Shown: positions 27,070 through 39,900, counted from the stretch's first letter. The stretch: DNA of 64,000 nt from Eledone cirrhosa (GCA_964016885.1 OZ024744.1:8742001-8806000), one strand, 5' to 3'. A program made the numbers and translations. Notes: generated from the letters alone by a model not told the origin.

Positions 27070-27626
27070 CGCTCACACTCACGAATATATACCCACACAT
27101 ACACACACACATATAAATACACATACACATACACACACACGCAGACACATACACATATATGCATACACATATGTACGCACATATGTGTAGATATACCCGC
27201 CCATATCCATATACACACACACACACTCCCTCTCTTACACACACCCATACACACCCACAACCATATACAAACCAACACACGTCTACTGGCGCCTGCCTAT
27301 ATATCCCCATACATCCGGTCTCACACGCACGCACACGCGGACATGCACACGTACACGCATACAAGGACACATATCAACGTTCGCGTACATCTGTACATAT
27401 ACACAAACACACACAGACATATATATATAGACACACACACGCACACATACACGCCTGTCTTTATTGACAGGCACAAGGACAGACACTTCCAAAGACACAA
27501 ACACATACACGCATACATACAGACATGTATATATATCTACACATGTATATGTACACGCACATAAACATACAAACAAACCCTGCCCTATGTGGGTGCAGAT
27601 ATACACACATACACACCCACCCACAT

Positions 27627-27657
<31 letters not shown>

Positions 27658-27790
27658 CACTCACACACACACACACACTCACTGGCTCATATATAGTCCA
27701 ACAAATACGCGCCCAACTACCTGCCTGTCCACGTACATACACTAAGAAGATACACGCACGTATGTATATATCTCTGCCCGTACCCCAATG
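27070..27790. repeat. Degenerate (CA)/(TA)-rich low-complexity tract
   Basis: Alternating purine-pyrimidine sequence; gives spurious HT/CV ORFs. Confidence 0.9.
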
Positions 27791-27975
27791 TGATATACTC
27801 ACAGTCATATAAATCTGCACAAATGGTCATACAGGATCCTCCATGGAAAGGTGCATGCTGTTATACATGCACAAATATAAACCATATCTATATATATAAC
27901 GAAGGAAATGTGGTAAGGAACCAGGTGGACCATAACGCACCAAAGTACTCAATACTTAGGGTAGTAGAGTGGGTA

Positions 27976-28085
27976 ATAGGAACGAGTAGGACCCCGACGG
28001 CTGAGCTCAAGCCGTTTCGACGGCTAATTCTGAATTAGCCGTCGAAACGGCTTGAGCTCAGCAGTCAGGTCCTACTCGTTCCTAT
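27976..28085. repeat. Fold-back palindrome centred at 28031
   Basis: 31-bp perfect inner arms (28000-28030 / 28032-28062), extending imperfectly to ~55 bp. Confidence 0.93.
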
Positions 28086-28235
28086 ATATATATATATATA
28101 TATATTATTGACCAACCAATTAAATTACTTCTCTAAAAACCTGGCGTTTCGAGCCACTTTTTTCCATATAAAACGAGTAATATACAAAGACCAACCAGAT
28201 GTGAGAAAAACCACAGACCCTCCATCTCAACTCTA

Positions 28236-28271
28236 CTTTTGAAAAGCAGAAGAACTGCGAAACCGGTAAAG
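28236..28271 (+). ncRNA. Minimal hammerhead ribozyme, U3-A8 variant (copy 2, within the repeat at ~28196-28335)
   Basis: Identical to 23034-23069. Confidence 0.7.
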
Positions 28272-28336
28272 GAACCAAATAAATATATATACTTTTTTTA
28301 AAAATAAGACTCCAGTTGCATTTTCGATTTCATCTT

Positions 28337-28400
<64 letters not shown>

Positions 28401-28573
28401 TACAATATCGGAGAAAGCTTTTTAGCGATACTCCGGCCAAATTCCAACTCACTCAACAAACATTAAGAAATAAGTGATTATATTCCCAATTATGTGTTCG
28501 GGGTGCTAACTAGAAGTATTGCGTGGAAAATTGGCTGTATTATTTCAAATGAGACATATCTAATATATCTCTT

Positions 28574-28700
28574 CCCAGACGGACGTCTCGTTTCATTATA
28601 GGATTCCTACAATTTGGGTGAAATTATACCAATTTATGTAGGAGCTTGTATACCATCAATAGATATATATTCAAGTGGGCTCCTATAATTCATCAGTGGG
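28574..28700 (-). ncRNA. Canonical-core type I hammerhead ribozyme with long stem II insertion
   Basis: Minus strand: ccca CTGATGA attatagga-(77 nt)-tcctataat GAAA cg-agacgtc-c GTC tggg; all three stems pair; GUC cleavage triplet. Confidence 0.88.
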
Positions 28701-29083
28701 TGCCCCAATAATACTAATATTGATAATCTAACCAACATCAGCATTTAGCGATAATCACTTTCTGTGCCTGAGGTATCTGTCAGGTTGCCAGTCCAGCAGT
28801 TCTGAAAAAAGTGCTCGAACTGATTCAAAAAATGAGGAAGTGAATTACCGCAAAAAAAAAACAATACATGCGCGTGACAATGAACTCTGAAAGGAATTCA
28901 GGCCACGTGCTAAGAACTCAATTGGAAATTGAAAAAATATCTATGTGTGTACAACATTTGATGACACACACAGATATTTTCTCGGGCAAAATAACAGAAT
29001 GAGATATAAGGAACAATCAATATTCATATATAAAAAATAAACAAAGAAATGCTAACCTTATACCGGGAATTTTTTTCAAATCT

Positions 29084-29166
<83 letters not shown>

Positions 29167-29469
29167 ATATATGAAAACAGGGAGAAAGAGACTATTATGA
29201 GGAAGAAACATTTTTTTTTTTCCTTTTTTTGTGTGTCTCTCTCTCTAAATATCACCCAGCACGAATTGCTTCCCCCTGCATATTAACTATCTAAAAAGGG
29301 AAATCATATCAAACCTCAGTCCACCATTTGCCTCCTTCAAGGAACCATGGTTCAACTAAGCACTCTTGCGATATTAACACATTTTCAACTGCTTAACTTC
29401 AATGACTGTGCTGGTAAATAACATTATTTTTTCTTCCACATTGACTTTTTACGTTCCACATTATGCACG

Positions 29470-29790
29470 TTTTTTTCCTTTTTCTTTTTTCTTTTTTCTT
29501 TTTTCTTTTTTCTTTTTTTCTTTTTTCTTTTTTGTTTTTTGTTTTTTGTTTTTTTCTTTTTTCTTTTTTCTTTTTTCTTTTTTCTTTTTTCTTTTTTTGT
29601 TTTTTGTTTTTTGTTTTTTCTTTTTCCTTTTTTCTTTTTTCTTTTTTCTTTTTTCTTTTTTCTTTTTTCTTTTTTCTTTTTTCTTTTTTGTTTTTTGTTT
29701 TTTCTTTTTTTTTTCTTTTCTTTTTTCTTTTTTCTTTTTTCTTTTTTCTTTTTTCTTTTTTCTTTTTTCTTTTTTCTTTTTTCTTTTCAA
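29470..29790. repeat. (TTTTTTC/G)n heptamer simple repeat
   Basis: Direct reading; source of the poly-K and poly-F ORFs. Confidence 0.93.
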
Positions 29791-29871
29791 TTCTTAAACC
29801 TTGCTTGTATATAACATTATTCTTTCTACACCTTCTGTTTAACATATGCGACACCACACTAATACATTTCA

Positions 29872-29913
29872 CTATCATTTGATAATGCATATAAATGCTG
29901 AAACCGGTAATAG
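29872..29913 (+). ncRNA. Minimal hammerhead-like motif, U3-A8 variant
   Basis: TTGATAA t-gcat-ataa-atgc-t GAAA c-cg-g ta atag; stem I weak. Confidence 0.5.
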
Positions 29914-30150
29914 ACAATAATTAAATATATAAATAGATAAATAAATGCGATTGTTAAATAATGAATAAATCAACTAATACCTTAAGACTTCACACAAAGT
30001 AAAACATTTCGTTTTAATCATTTTCTAACCCAGAAAAAAGAGAGAGAGAAACAAAAAAGGAAAAAAATATACTTTCTTCCTCATAATCATCTCTTTCTCC
30101 CTGTTTTCTTATATATATATCCTAACTCGTGTGCCTCCTCTCCACATTTG

Positions 30151-30248
<98 letters not shown>

Positions 30249-31439
30249 GACTTTTAAGATATTATTTTTGTTTTTATTTATCCCCGCTTATTTTTATATT
30301 TTTTGCTTGTTTTTGCTTAATTTTAATCATTTTCGCCTCCCATTACTCCCGTTTACCAATTCTACTACATCTATATATATATGACAATTGACTATAGGTC
30401 CGAGTAGGTAGCTGTAACAGATTCTTATTGTAAGATACGGCGACTTCCCCCTGGACTATAAATATTTGACTCTTTCTGATGAAGTGCAATATTTTACGTA
30501 GTGCTTGCAATTGAGCATGGGACTATACTGTTAACGCTAGTAGACTGATATATATATTGGTGGCACCACATCAATTGATTTTACGTCATTTATTTTAATT
30601 AAATATTTAAATTTAAACCCTATTGAGAATATTGTAATTGTTTGTGTCGATTTTTAATATTTCACATATATTTCATATTCATCGTAATATCTTATAAAGT
30701 TTCAAATTTATTGATACAGATTAGGCATCAAAACTATGCTTTCACCTATATTGAATTCCAGTGGAGAGCAGGGAGAGGGAGAGTTGTTTTGATAACGACA
30801 GAAGTCAGAAACAGTAGTCCGTCGACAGATTACCTACCCCTGCTTCTGCTGGAATCCGCCTGATGGCTCTAGCCATCAACTTCAAAACTTCATAGTTAAA
30901 GGCTTTTAATTGTCTATTCGTAAACATGCCTTAGGTCGGTAGATATATAAATGCACAAATTTATTTGTTTTTAAGTAAAAGGTCCAATAATGCCAATATC
31001 TAATTCGAATATATTCGAATTCATTATTTATCAGATTTTGCAAGAAATATGACATTCCCAGACCTACCGTTTGAATGGTTGTTCGATAGATCAGACATAG
31101 ATAACATAATATAGTGAGCCAAATATAAGCTTTATTCATCAAATTTATTTACATATTGAAGTGTAAAATCATTAACTTTAATGGTAAATTCGTGTTAGGA
31201 AAAACGCGAAAGATTGATATATATTTAAAGCTGAATGGGAAATTTCTGTTGAGAGAAGTTGTGGTGTTTGTAAAAATGGTGGTGGGGGAGACATATTTCC
31301 CTCTTGTTAGGCACACTCACTTATATCATTGAATAAATTCTACTGACAAGATCCCTTGATGATTTGTGAATCATCATCATCACCACAACCATGAGGATCA
31401 TCATGATCTTCATCACCACCATGATCCTCCTACTTCTCC

Positions 31440-31950
31440 TTTTCTTCATCATCATTATCATGGTCTTACGCCCGTTTTCCACACTTGCATGGGTTGAACG
31501 TGTCCTTCTTAACACGGCATCTCTCCACTCCTCGCGTTCCTTCATCATTTCAGGGATTTGAGATCAGTTCTCACAACCTCTGCCCAGGTCTACTTGGTCT
31601 ACCTCTACTGTGACTTTCTTCAACTGGTATTTCTTCACTCAGAAATCATCATCCATGTACATCACATGTCTGTACCAATGCAGTCTTCTCTCCTGCTCAC
31701 CACCTCGGATTCATCTTAAACTAAGCTTCTCCCTCAACTCACACAAGCTCTACCCTTCTCTCACATTTACATTGCACATCCAAAGAAACATGGTTCTTTC
31801 ATTTCTCTCCAGTCTACTGATGTCCTCTGTAGATACTGCCTATGTTTCGCTACCACTCAACATCGTTCTTTTCACACAGTGTCACCCAGTCGTCCTTTTG
31901 TACGCAGTGAGAAACTTTTTGTTGTCAACATTGGGAATAGCTCTCTAAAC
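31440..31950 (-). mobile_element. Probable RTE-type LINE 3' end remnant with (CAT)n-type tail
   Basis: A catcat-rich tract adjoins acgcccgttttccacacttgcatgggttgaacg; the minus strand has an RGRP..TW-like C-terminal remnant. Confidence 0.5.
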
Positions 31951-32149
31951 ATTTTCTATAAATAATTTCTTTGAAAATAGTTACGAATTGAGAACCTCGT
32001 TTTTGTTTTTAATTTGGGGATGTTACTTTCTTCTTGACAGTGAACAAAAATAAATCCTCATTTTCAAAGTCAGTCACTAGCCAATACAAACAACAATGGC
32101 TTCAACAATTTATGGGATATGAGGTTATTATATTTTATCATTTATGTGG

Positions 32150-32420
32150 GCCAGGACGGAGTGGATGAGCCCTCGAATGTGTGTGGGAGCCCATGTCCCA
32201 CCGGATAGAATGGAGTAGTTGTTGCCCCAGAGGATGGTGAGAGAAAGGTGTTGTAATAGTCATTCTAACTCCCAGGCATCATTCATGTGGATGGCCCTCT
32301 CTGCACCGAAAATAGTGAGAAGAGAGGTGGTCCGGTGACTAAGAACGCCGGAAGTGTCCACTACAACAGGTTCGACCGCAAACCTATAGGAGAGTGACAG
32401 ATATTTCAATAGTTTCGATA
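32150..32420 (-). mobile_element. CRE-clade non-LTR 3' fragment
   Basis: Minus-strand translation EPVVVDTSGVLS...LLQHLSLTILWGNNYSIL, homologous to 39587-39750. Confidence 0.65.
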
Positions 32421-34059
32421 TTTCGATAGTACTCGACGTGACGGGTAGCGAAGCTTGGGTTAGTTACCTGAAGTTGTCGTTGGAGAAAGTTTAACATCTG
32501 AATCAGTGTATAGCGCTCTCACAAATGTATGTTGTTTAAGTAGTAGCAAGCCGAGAAATGTTCGCCCAGTTATTATCTTAAATTGTCACTCCTGTCAAAA
32601 TCATTAACTAAAAAATATTACTATCTCTCAATCATCTCGGATCTGGAAAGTAAGAATAAAATTACGATCAGTTACATCGAATATAAAACATGTGGGACAG
32701 GTATGTAGCGGAAGACTGTGTCCTCTTACTCGATGAATTTAGGGAAAAAAGCATCCATTCCAAATGAATGAGAAGGAAAGTAAACATCTCTGTATCATGA
32801 ATAAAAGGGAGTTTTTCTATAAGCCTTCAAAGTTTGAGTTAGTGAGAGTGACACCCTGGTCAAGGCGTTATAGGAAGTGCGCTCTTTAGGACAAAGAATG
32901 GTATATGACAATGAGCGCCTGCAGATTAAGATAGCAAATGCAGCAAAAGTCCACACAGAAGTGGTACGCCAGACCTTTGCCCAAAGTCTGGTGACACGGT
33001 GCAATGGAGAAATGGAATAAAACGTCCTGACTATATATAATGTTACTGGCACTGGCTGTGCTGTTGGTACTGAGGTTTGCTGTTTCTACAGTACCATCGG
33101 TTGATATGCAGAATACAGTCAGGGAAGAAACAAAGACATACAAATATACTATACTGTCGGCGGCAAATGACAGCCGCTGTACACTACAAAGATACCAAAT
33201 GATCTCCTCTTCAAGTGCAGAGTCTACTGTAAGCTATGACAATATTTTCCCAATATTATCGTGTGTCGAGATAGAGGAAATGGGGAATAGAGGCAAGTGG
33301 GAAACTGCCATCAAGAGAAAAAAATGGTGCAAGAAATAATATACTAGATTAGATGAAAAGCAAATAAGAAAGAGAAAGTCTCTTACGATTAGGAGTCCAC
33401 AATGCTGAATTAGCAAAGGGACCCCGATACAATGATTGCACGACCTGAAGGATAGCACCCTGATTTGGGAGGAAACAGAGACGAGTATGTTAGACACAAT
33501 CCAAGATTATTCGGAAAAATTTTCAAAGAAATCCAAATATAGAGGATCTAGAAAACATCATTCATAATATCTAGAAAACGTTCGGTTATTTGGATAGAGG
33601 ATAATATGATTGGGGGGGGGGGGGGTATGAGTCTTATTACGTTTTGGTGAATCGTTAGAACGTTGAACACTATATATATTTTTTTCGGCTGTTTGTAATC
33701 TGCGTTGAAACTCCATCGAAGTCAACTGTGATATATTTCCGCGTCCTAAAAGTTAGAGTATGAGTGAATAACTGGCGTAGTTAGATTTTATTGACTGACC
33801 ACTCAACCTTTTGTCACTTGGGAACATTGTAGAAACTTTCTTTATTCTAGCTATTGTCCGTGTTTCATTTTTAATATAGCCTATCTTAAAGAAATATTAA
33901 GTGATTTCATATAATTAACTGTTTGGGTTTACTCCGAAGAATCTTTGGAGTAACGTTACTCGATAAAGTGCGTAGCTCGGAGACCAGAGAGTCACTCCAT
34001 GTAGAGCCACTACTTCTCCGAATTGAGAGATCACAGCTCTGATAATATGGACATGTGGT

Positions 34060-34245
34060 TAGAATGTATTAGGAAATAATCGCTGGACAGATTTTACGGA
34101 CAGATCCACTCGGCAGGAGACCCAGAGGTAGACCCCGAGCAAGATGGTTGGATAACATCCATGTACACGGCTGATGTCACTTGGAGATCCAGCCGGACCA
34201 GTGGGAGATGGTTGCTTCCATCTGGAAGGAGTGTTTGCAGATTCT
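34060..34245 (+). mobile_element. RTE-type LINE C-terminal fragment
   Basis: Encodes PLGRRPRGRPRARWLDNI. Confidence 0.55.
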
Positions 34246-34249
34246 GCTC

Positions 34250-37200
34250 ACATCACCCTCTCAGGAATAAGTTGATCGGGATTGCGCAAGTTTGCGCCTC
34301 CCCAACCAAATCCTCGACGACAAGCGCCAACCTCTTCGCTAACACCTCGGCCAAAATCTTAAACTCTGTGTTGAGCAGAGTTAAAGGCCTGAAATTACCT
34401 AAAATGTATCCCTCTTGTTCTCGTCTTTCCTTATCTGCGTCACTACGCCCCGGCTCACAGAACTGGGAATATTCCCGTTCTGCTGCCACTTTCAGTAGAG
34501 CGCTTGAGGAGATTGGAGAACAAGTCTGGCATATTTAGGTAAAGCTCGTAGGGCAGATCATCCAAACCGGGTGACTTGTGCCTCGTGCAGCCGACATGAG
34601 CATCCTGAATTTCGGCTGAAGTAATCGGCCTTTCGCAGTGCTCAGCGTCATCTGTCAAGATGCGTGGGTAGGGACTGAGGCCCGCCACCGTCTCTCACTC
34701 GCCACTTCCTCCGAAAAACCGAGCAAGGTGCTAGCGAAAGGCCCCACACATCCGCTTGGAAACGCTCATCTCGTATCCGTCTCGGCCCATCAAAGTAACG
34801 ACGCTTCACCTCTGCCACGAGGGCCCATCGAACAGCTTTGGTTCCCTCGTTTCTCAGAGCACGCGCCTTAGCTCTGACAATGCAACCTTCGTGTTTCGCA
34901 TTGAAGAAATGGTCTAATGCCATTCTCGCCGCTAGCACATCAGTTGCAATGCCACTACCAATAGCCTCGTCTAACTTATCTACCAACTCCCCCTCCTTTC
35001 TATTTTTCTCTAACGCTACTTCTTTGCTAAACTCTATCGACATTACTCTAATCTCTCTTTTGAGAGCCCCCCACCATCTATTGTTGACGACTCCCTCTGT
35101 CAACTTTTTCTTAAATAAATTGTTGACCTGGTCCCTGTAAGCCTTACGTGCCGTAAATGACATGTTTAGCTTCCAGTAACCAGGTCCTAACCTATGCGTC
35201 TTATCTAGGTCGACCATACAGATCACAAACTTGTGATCTGAATAGGCGACCGTTTCAAAACGTGGACAGCTTACACTATTTCTGTCTATTTTCCTAATGA
35301 ATATCCTGTCTATATACGATCTAGATGACCCTATGCGGTTAGCCCAGGTCCACACTGGCGCAGTAGGGAAATCTAGTCGGTACCTGTCAGACAGTTGGAA
35401 CTGGCTGATCAGGTTCTTGAGGCTTTTGCACCCCCCGCTCCTATCGGATACTCCCACACAGTCCCAACATGCGTCTAAGATGCCGTTCCAGTCCCCCGCG
35501 AAACGTACCCGGAAAGGTTTCCAGGCTTCTAAACAAGTCCGGCCGTGCTGCCCCAGTAAGGGCGTATACAGCCACCAGTCTAAAGGCACCACCTTCGCAA
35601 CTGTTCACATTCAGGACCACCAACTTACCGTCCGGGTCCCGGAAGATCGACCTTACCTCGAGATCCAGGCCTTTCCTAAACAGCACTGTCACTCCACCTC
35701 GCATTCCAGGCCGGTTAACAGATGCGGAGATCTGATAATAGTCGAAAAAGGGGGCTAGTGCGCACGTGTCAGAAATCCTGCGGTCGTTCTGCAGGTGACC
35801 CCCAGGCCATGAACATTTAAACTTCCTACTCTTAATATGGCCATGTTGGCAAGCTAAAAGAGAGAGGGAAAGTTTACTTACCTCCCGGGGTCTTGTGAAG
35901 GTCGGGTGGTTCGACCTCCATGGTTGGTGGGGTTTCTTTTGGGAACCACTTTAAAAATCTCGATGTGGGTTTCACGTTCGGGCTTCTCCTTCCTGGGGAA
36001 AACTCTCGAATTCCTTTGTAGGATTCGAGTGACATTCCCACCAGAAATAAATCTTCTGGCACACGAAATGTACTTAATTCAAAAATCTCCCTCTCTGTTT
36101 GTATTTCTTTACTTCATGCTAAGAGAGCCATAATTTCTCATTGGTCCTTCTGACAATCACGAACTTTTGTATGTTTACTTGGTGTGGTTTTATTTGTTTT
36201 CATTTGGGTGACTGTGGTGGTGGTAGTTTTGTTGGTGTTGTTTCATGTATGTCTGTGTTTGTTGTCTGCAATGTCAGGTGTCTGTGTGTTTATTTGTTCT
36301 TGTGTCTGTTTAGATTGTTTACATTTAGGGGATTGTGTGGATGGTGTTGGTGGTTGTGTTGTTGGGGAAGTGTTTACGTTGGTGGTGTCTGTATTTTTTG
36401 TTGTGGATGTTTTTGTATTTTGTGGGGGCTTTTTCTTTTTGTGTTTTCTCTTTTGATTTTTGGCACATTTAGGTTTCCCATCATCTTCACTACTGGAAGA
36501 CAAAGGGTCTGTGGCTGTGAGTGCATTTGTGTCTGTGAGTGCATGTATGGTTTTGTCCATGTGTATATTTTGAGGGGTAAGTGTAGTGCTTTCCTCATTT
36601 TCATCGTTTTCCCCCTGGGTTGGTTTCGGTGCTGCTGGTGGTGGTCCGGCTGTTTTTGCAGTTGGTGGGCTGCCAACACCAGTGTCGACACGGAAAGCTC
36701 CACCAGCAGCAACAACAACAGTTGTTGCTGCTGGTGGAGCTTTCCGTGTCGACACTGGTGTTGGCAGCAAACAAGGTTTGCGGCCCCCACACTTTTGAGC
36801 TGAGGGCAGCAGGCTTGCAGATACGTTGCTTCCCCGCAGACGAAACAGTGCGGGCCTCCACCGTCAGTAAGTAACTAAATCATTGTCCCATACGGCCAAA
36901 TCTGGGATGTTGTTTAGGTCTTCCGGTTTTATTTGGAGAAGAATCTCCAAATCCATCCTGGATCAGTCCTCCCTTTCAGTCTTTTTAATATCTACGAGGG
37001 TAGTGTCGCGTCGCTACTCGACCACGCATCCCAGGAGCCACCATAGGTTCATTCCTGTTGGGATCCTGGGAATGCGGTCCTTTACTGTTCTTTTGCCCAT
37101 GTAGGAGGGGTGCATAATTATGCGTTCCATTCTGCAGGGAGCCACGGAGTTCTCAATGGCAAGGGCTTTGAACAGTACCGAGATGGTGCCAAACTGCTTG

Positions 37201-37330
37201 GCCCTTGCTTTGTACTCAATATCATCTTTGATGCAACCAAAGCAGCCTCAACTTCTGCCTGAAAAGTTCCACCTTGCGAGTCTGCACTGAAATGCATCAA
37301 AAGTGTAAAGTCCGCCTCTGCCGCTATTGC
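34250..37330 (-). mobile_element. Tx1/L1-clade LINE: ORF1 remnant + ORF2 (APE endonuclease, RT start), 3'-truncated
   Basis: ORF2 starts at 35844 (MAILRVGSLNVHGL); AGDWN, SRSYIDRIF, YSDHKFV, GPGYWKLN, KSPGLDDLPYELY, NFRPLTLLNTEFKILAEVLAKRL; upstream T/P/K-rich ORF1-like sequence. Confidence 0.88.
36669..36768. repeat. Perfect palindrome, 48-bp arms, 4-nt loop
   Basis: gctgccaacaccagtgtcgacacggaaagctccaccagcagcaacaac-aaca-reverse complement; both strands encode LPTPVSTRKAPPAATT. Confidence 0.95.
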
Positions 37331-37464
37331 CTCGTCCGGGATGATTAAGTTGACCCAGGATTTCTCACGTTTAATTAATTTCCCGCGCCTGGGTCAACTG
37401 TTGCTCCTTGTTTGTGATATCAACTTTAAAAAAGAGTTTTGTTTTCGCCGCTCTCACTGTTATT

Positions 37465-37727
37465 CTTATTGTTGTCGTTCTTGCTGTTGTTGTTGTTGTT
37501 GTTGTTGTTGTTATTATTGTTGTTTTGTTTGTTGTTCTTGCTGCTACTGTTATTAGTGTTTATATTGAGGCTGTTGTTGTTGTTGTTGTCTTTCTTGGTT
37601 GTTGTTGTGGTGGTGGTAGCGGCAGTGGTGGTGACGCCGGTTGGAACGTTTACTGTTTATATTTACCTTCCCTTGTAGTAATCTCTCACATTCAGCTGCA
37701 TTGACCACCGTCATATCACACATGTCT

Positions 37728-37781
<54 letters not shown>

Positions 37782-37790
37782 GTAGTATTT
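37465..37790. repeat. (GTT)n and (GTA)n microsatellites
   Basis: Direct reading. Confidence 0.9.
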
Positions 37791-38103
37791 GCAGTTTTTT
37801 ACATTTGGAACTACAAGTTGTTTACAGATTCAAGGTCAGAATCTTCATGTTTTGGAGGGAAATGTTTTTTCAAAGTTTTTAAAAATAAATCCGAATATTC
37901 GGGCTTAAACCTCGAATATTGAAAGGTCGCCCTTCCTCGGAGTCAAAGTGGATAACCTATGCTTCATTATCAACAAGAAAAAACACAAAGTAATACCTTA
38001 AAACAAGTTAAAATTGCGAACCTTTTCTCTCGCAGACTTGTAACGTCTTCACATATGTGCGCCCAATATAATAACAGTAATAATTATAATAATAGAAATA
38101 ATA

Positions 38104-38127
38104 ATGATGATGATGATGATGATGATA

Positions 38128-38207
<80 letters not shown>
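38104..38207. repeat. (GAT)n microsatellite
   Basis: Direct reading; source of the poly-D and poly-H ORFs. Confidence 0.95.
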
Positions 38208-38212
38208 AAGGA

Positions 38213-38288
38213 CAGTGGATTAGCAGTATCAGTAGACCGTCGGAAACCATGCTTTGTGGCAAAGAGTTACGGTCCTTTACATTCCGTT
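38213..38288 (+). mobile_element. 5' fragment of the tRNA-derived SINE
   Basis: gtggattagcagtatcagtagaccgtcggaaaccatgctttgtggcaaagagttacgg matches the start of the SINE at 20633. Confidence 0.7.
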
Positions 38289-39110
38289 TGACCACAATAT
38301 CGCAATTCGAACCACAATATCGGACCCGATCAAACGTGAGCAAACACTGGATGAATTCAAAGATATACTTCATCAAAGGAACCCCTCCCCTTGGTCTAAT
38401 CACCAACGGAATAGAAAGGGCTAAATATATTGATATCCAGGAACTAAGGCCAACGGAAAACAAAACTAGGGAAAATGTTTTACGATATGTGAAAACCTTC
38501 AAAGCACAAAATATCGAAATGTTTGACCACCTCCGTAAAAACCTTCCTATTCTATATGAAAATGTAAAAATGAAACAACTTCTAGAAACACACAAAATCA
38601 TCAAAAGTGAAAGACAGGCCAAAACGCTAAAATATATCCTTACTGGGGCAAAAAACTACAAACACATCTCCAGCCCTAATGTTACAAACTGTGGATGAAC
38701 AACTTATGGAACCTGTTTACACTTAATTGAAGGACTGGGATTCGACTTTAAGGGTGTACAAACCTTCAGAATAAAAGAAAATTTCACCTGCGACTCGGAA
38801 AACCTATTCTATTTGATTACTTGCTGTGGATGTATGGAAAATTACATAGGACAGACGGGTATCATTAAGCCAAAGAATGATCATACACCGCCAACAAATC
38901 TACGATGAAAACACGAGATAAATCCCCTTAAGCAGACACACACAAGATGCGCAGGATTAGACATACCAAACTTCAAAATGTTCCCATTCTACAAATGCTC
39001 AGCCTCTTTCACTCAACAACAGAACATAAATAAAGAAACTTAATTCCTTAGAAAATATAAACCACAGTTAAATCAACAATTATTCCCCCAGCTTCACAAC
39101 CTCACAGCGG
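38289..39110 (+). mobile_element. Penelope-like element 3' fragment (linker + GIY-YIG)
   Basis: FTCDSENLFYLITCCGCMENYIGQTG and a C-terminal KET*..RKYKPQLNQQ; stops and frameshifts present. Confidence 0.82.
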
Positions 39111-39900
39111 TGACTAGCTCCATGCTTTATCCTCCTTCTTTACTGGCACGCAGCTGGACATTGGTAGGCTGCGCTTCGGGGTTTCTCTGAGGCTTGGCCT
39201 CTGGATTTGCGAGCCACACAAATGTCACTGCGGATCCACTATGGACTCTTTTGGCCTCCACCAGCTTTCCTTTTGCTACAGTGCCGGTCGCCTTCCACGC
39301 CATGCTGCTCTTAATGAGGTCATAAAGCATGGCTCGGATGCTGCAGACTTCCCCTCCCAGCTCTAACCGGTGGGGCTGGACCAGCGAGATGGCAAAAGGC
39401 CAGACGGTATGACCATCTTCCCGTTCTGCGGTGGCAAAGCTCTCGTCTGGGATGACACTTGAAGCGACACATTCTCCACTGTAACCTGGTGCAGTCTGCG
39501 AGTAACCCAAGTTCTGCTGCACTTTTGGGCTGAGGAGGGCAAACACTACAAGTATCGGTCGCTCTCCGATAGTCGAGGCTCTAGCAGTGGAGACCTCTGG
39601 TGTCCATGGCCCTAGGGCTACCACCCTACTCACCACCATTGGCATTCAGCTGACCAGCCGCATGTGTGAGACTCGCAAGATGAAATGGCTTTTCCAGCGC
39701 ATCTCCCTTACGATCCTCCTGGGACACGCCTCCTCCATTCTGTCTGCCGGGGCCGTGTGGGGACCAGCATGTGGGACCCCATTTGCTCATAATACAGAGA
39801 GATGGGGAGGGCGTGAGTGATGGAGACGATGACAGATTGGGAGTTCGGCTCCTCCGTGTTCGGACCTGGTGTCCAGCAAATTGTAAACATATTTAAGACT
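39111..39900 (+). mobile_element. CRE-clade non-LTR 3' fragment (zinc knuckle + restriction-like endonuclease)
   Basis: CHCGSTMDSFGLHQLS..SAGRLPRHAALNEVIK, DGKRPDGMTIFPFCGGKALVWD, ETSGVHGP...WLFQRISLTILLGHASSIL. Confidence 0.82.

Noticed and set aside
26765-27820. Cluster of overlapping HT/CV-rich ORFs
   Set aside because: Dinucleotide low-complexity artefact.
29399-29917. Lys-rich and Phe-rich ORFs
   Set aside because: Translations of the (TTTTTTC)n repeat.
30470-30525. CTGATGA followed by a hairpin (also at ~13930 and ~23677)
   Set aside because: No GAAA or stem III after the hairpin; incomplete.
32790-33560. Possible LINE ORF1 remnant or host exon
   Set aside because: Coding-like composition but no recognisable motif or clear splice structure.
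37959-38622. Poly-Asp and poly-His ORFs
   Set aside because: Translations of the (GAT)n microsatellite.
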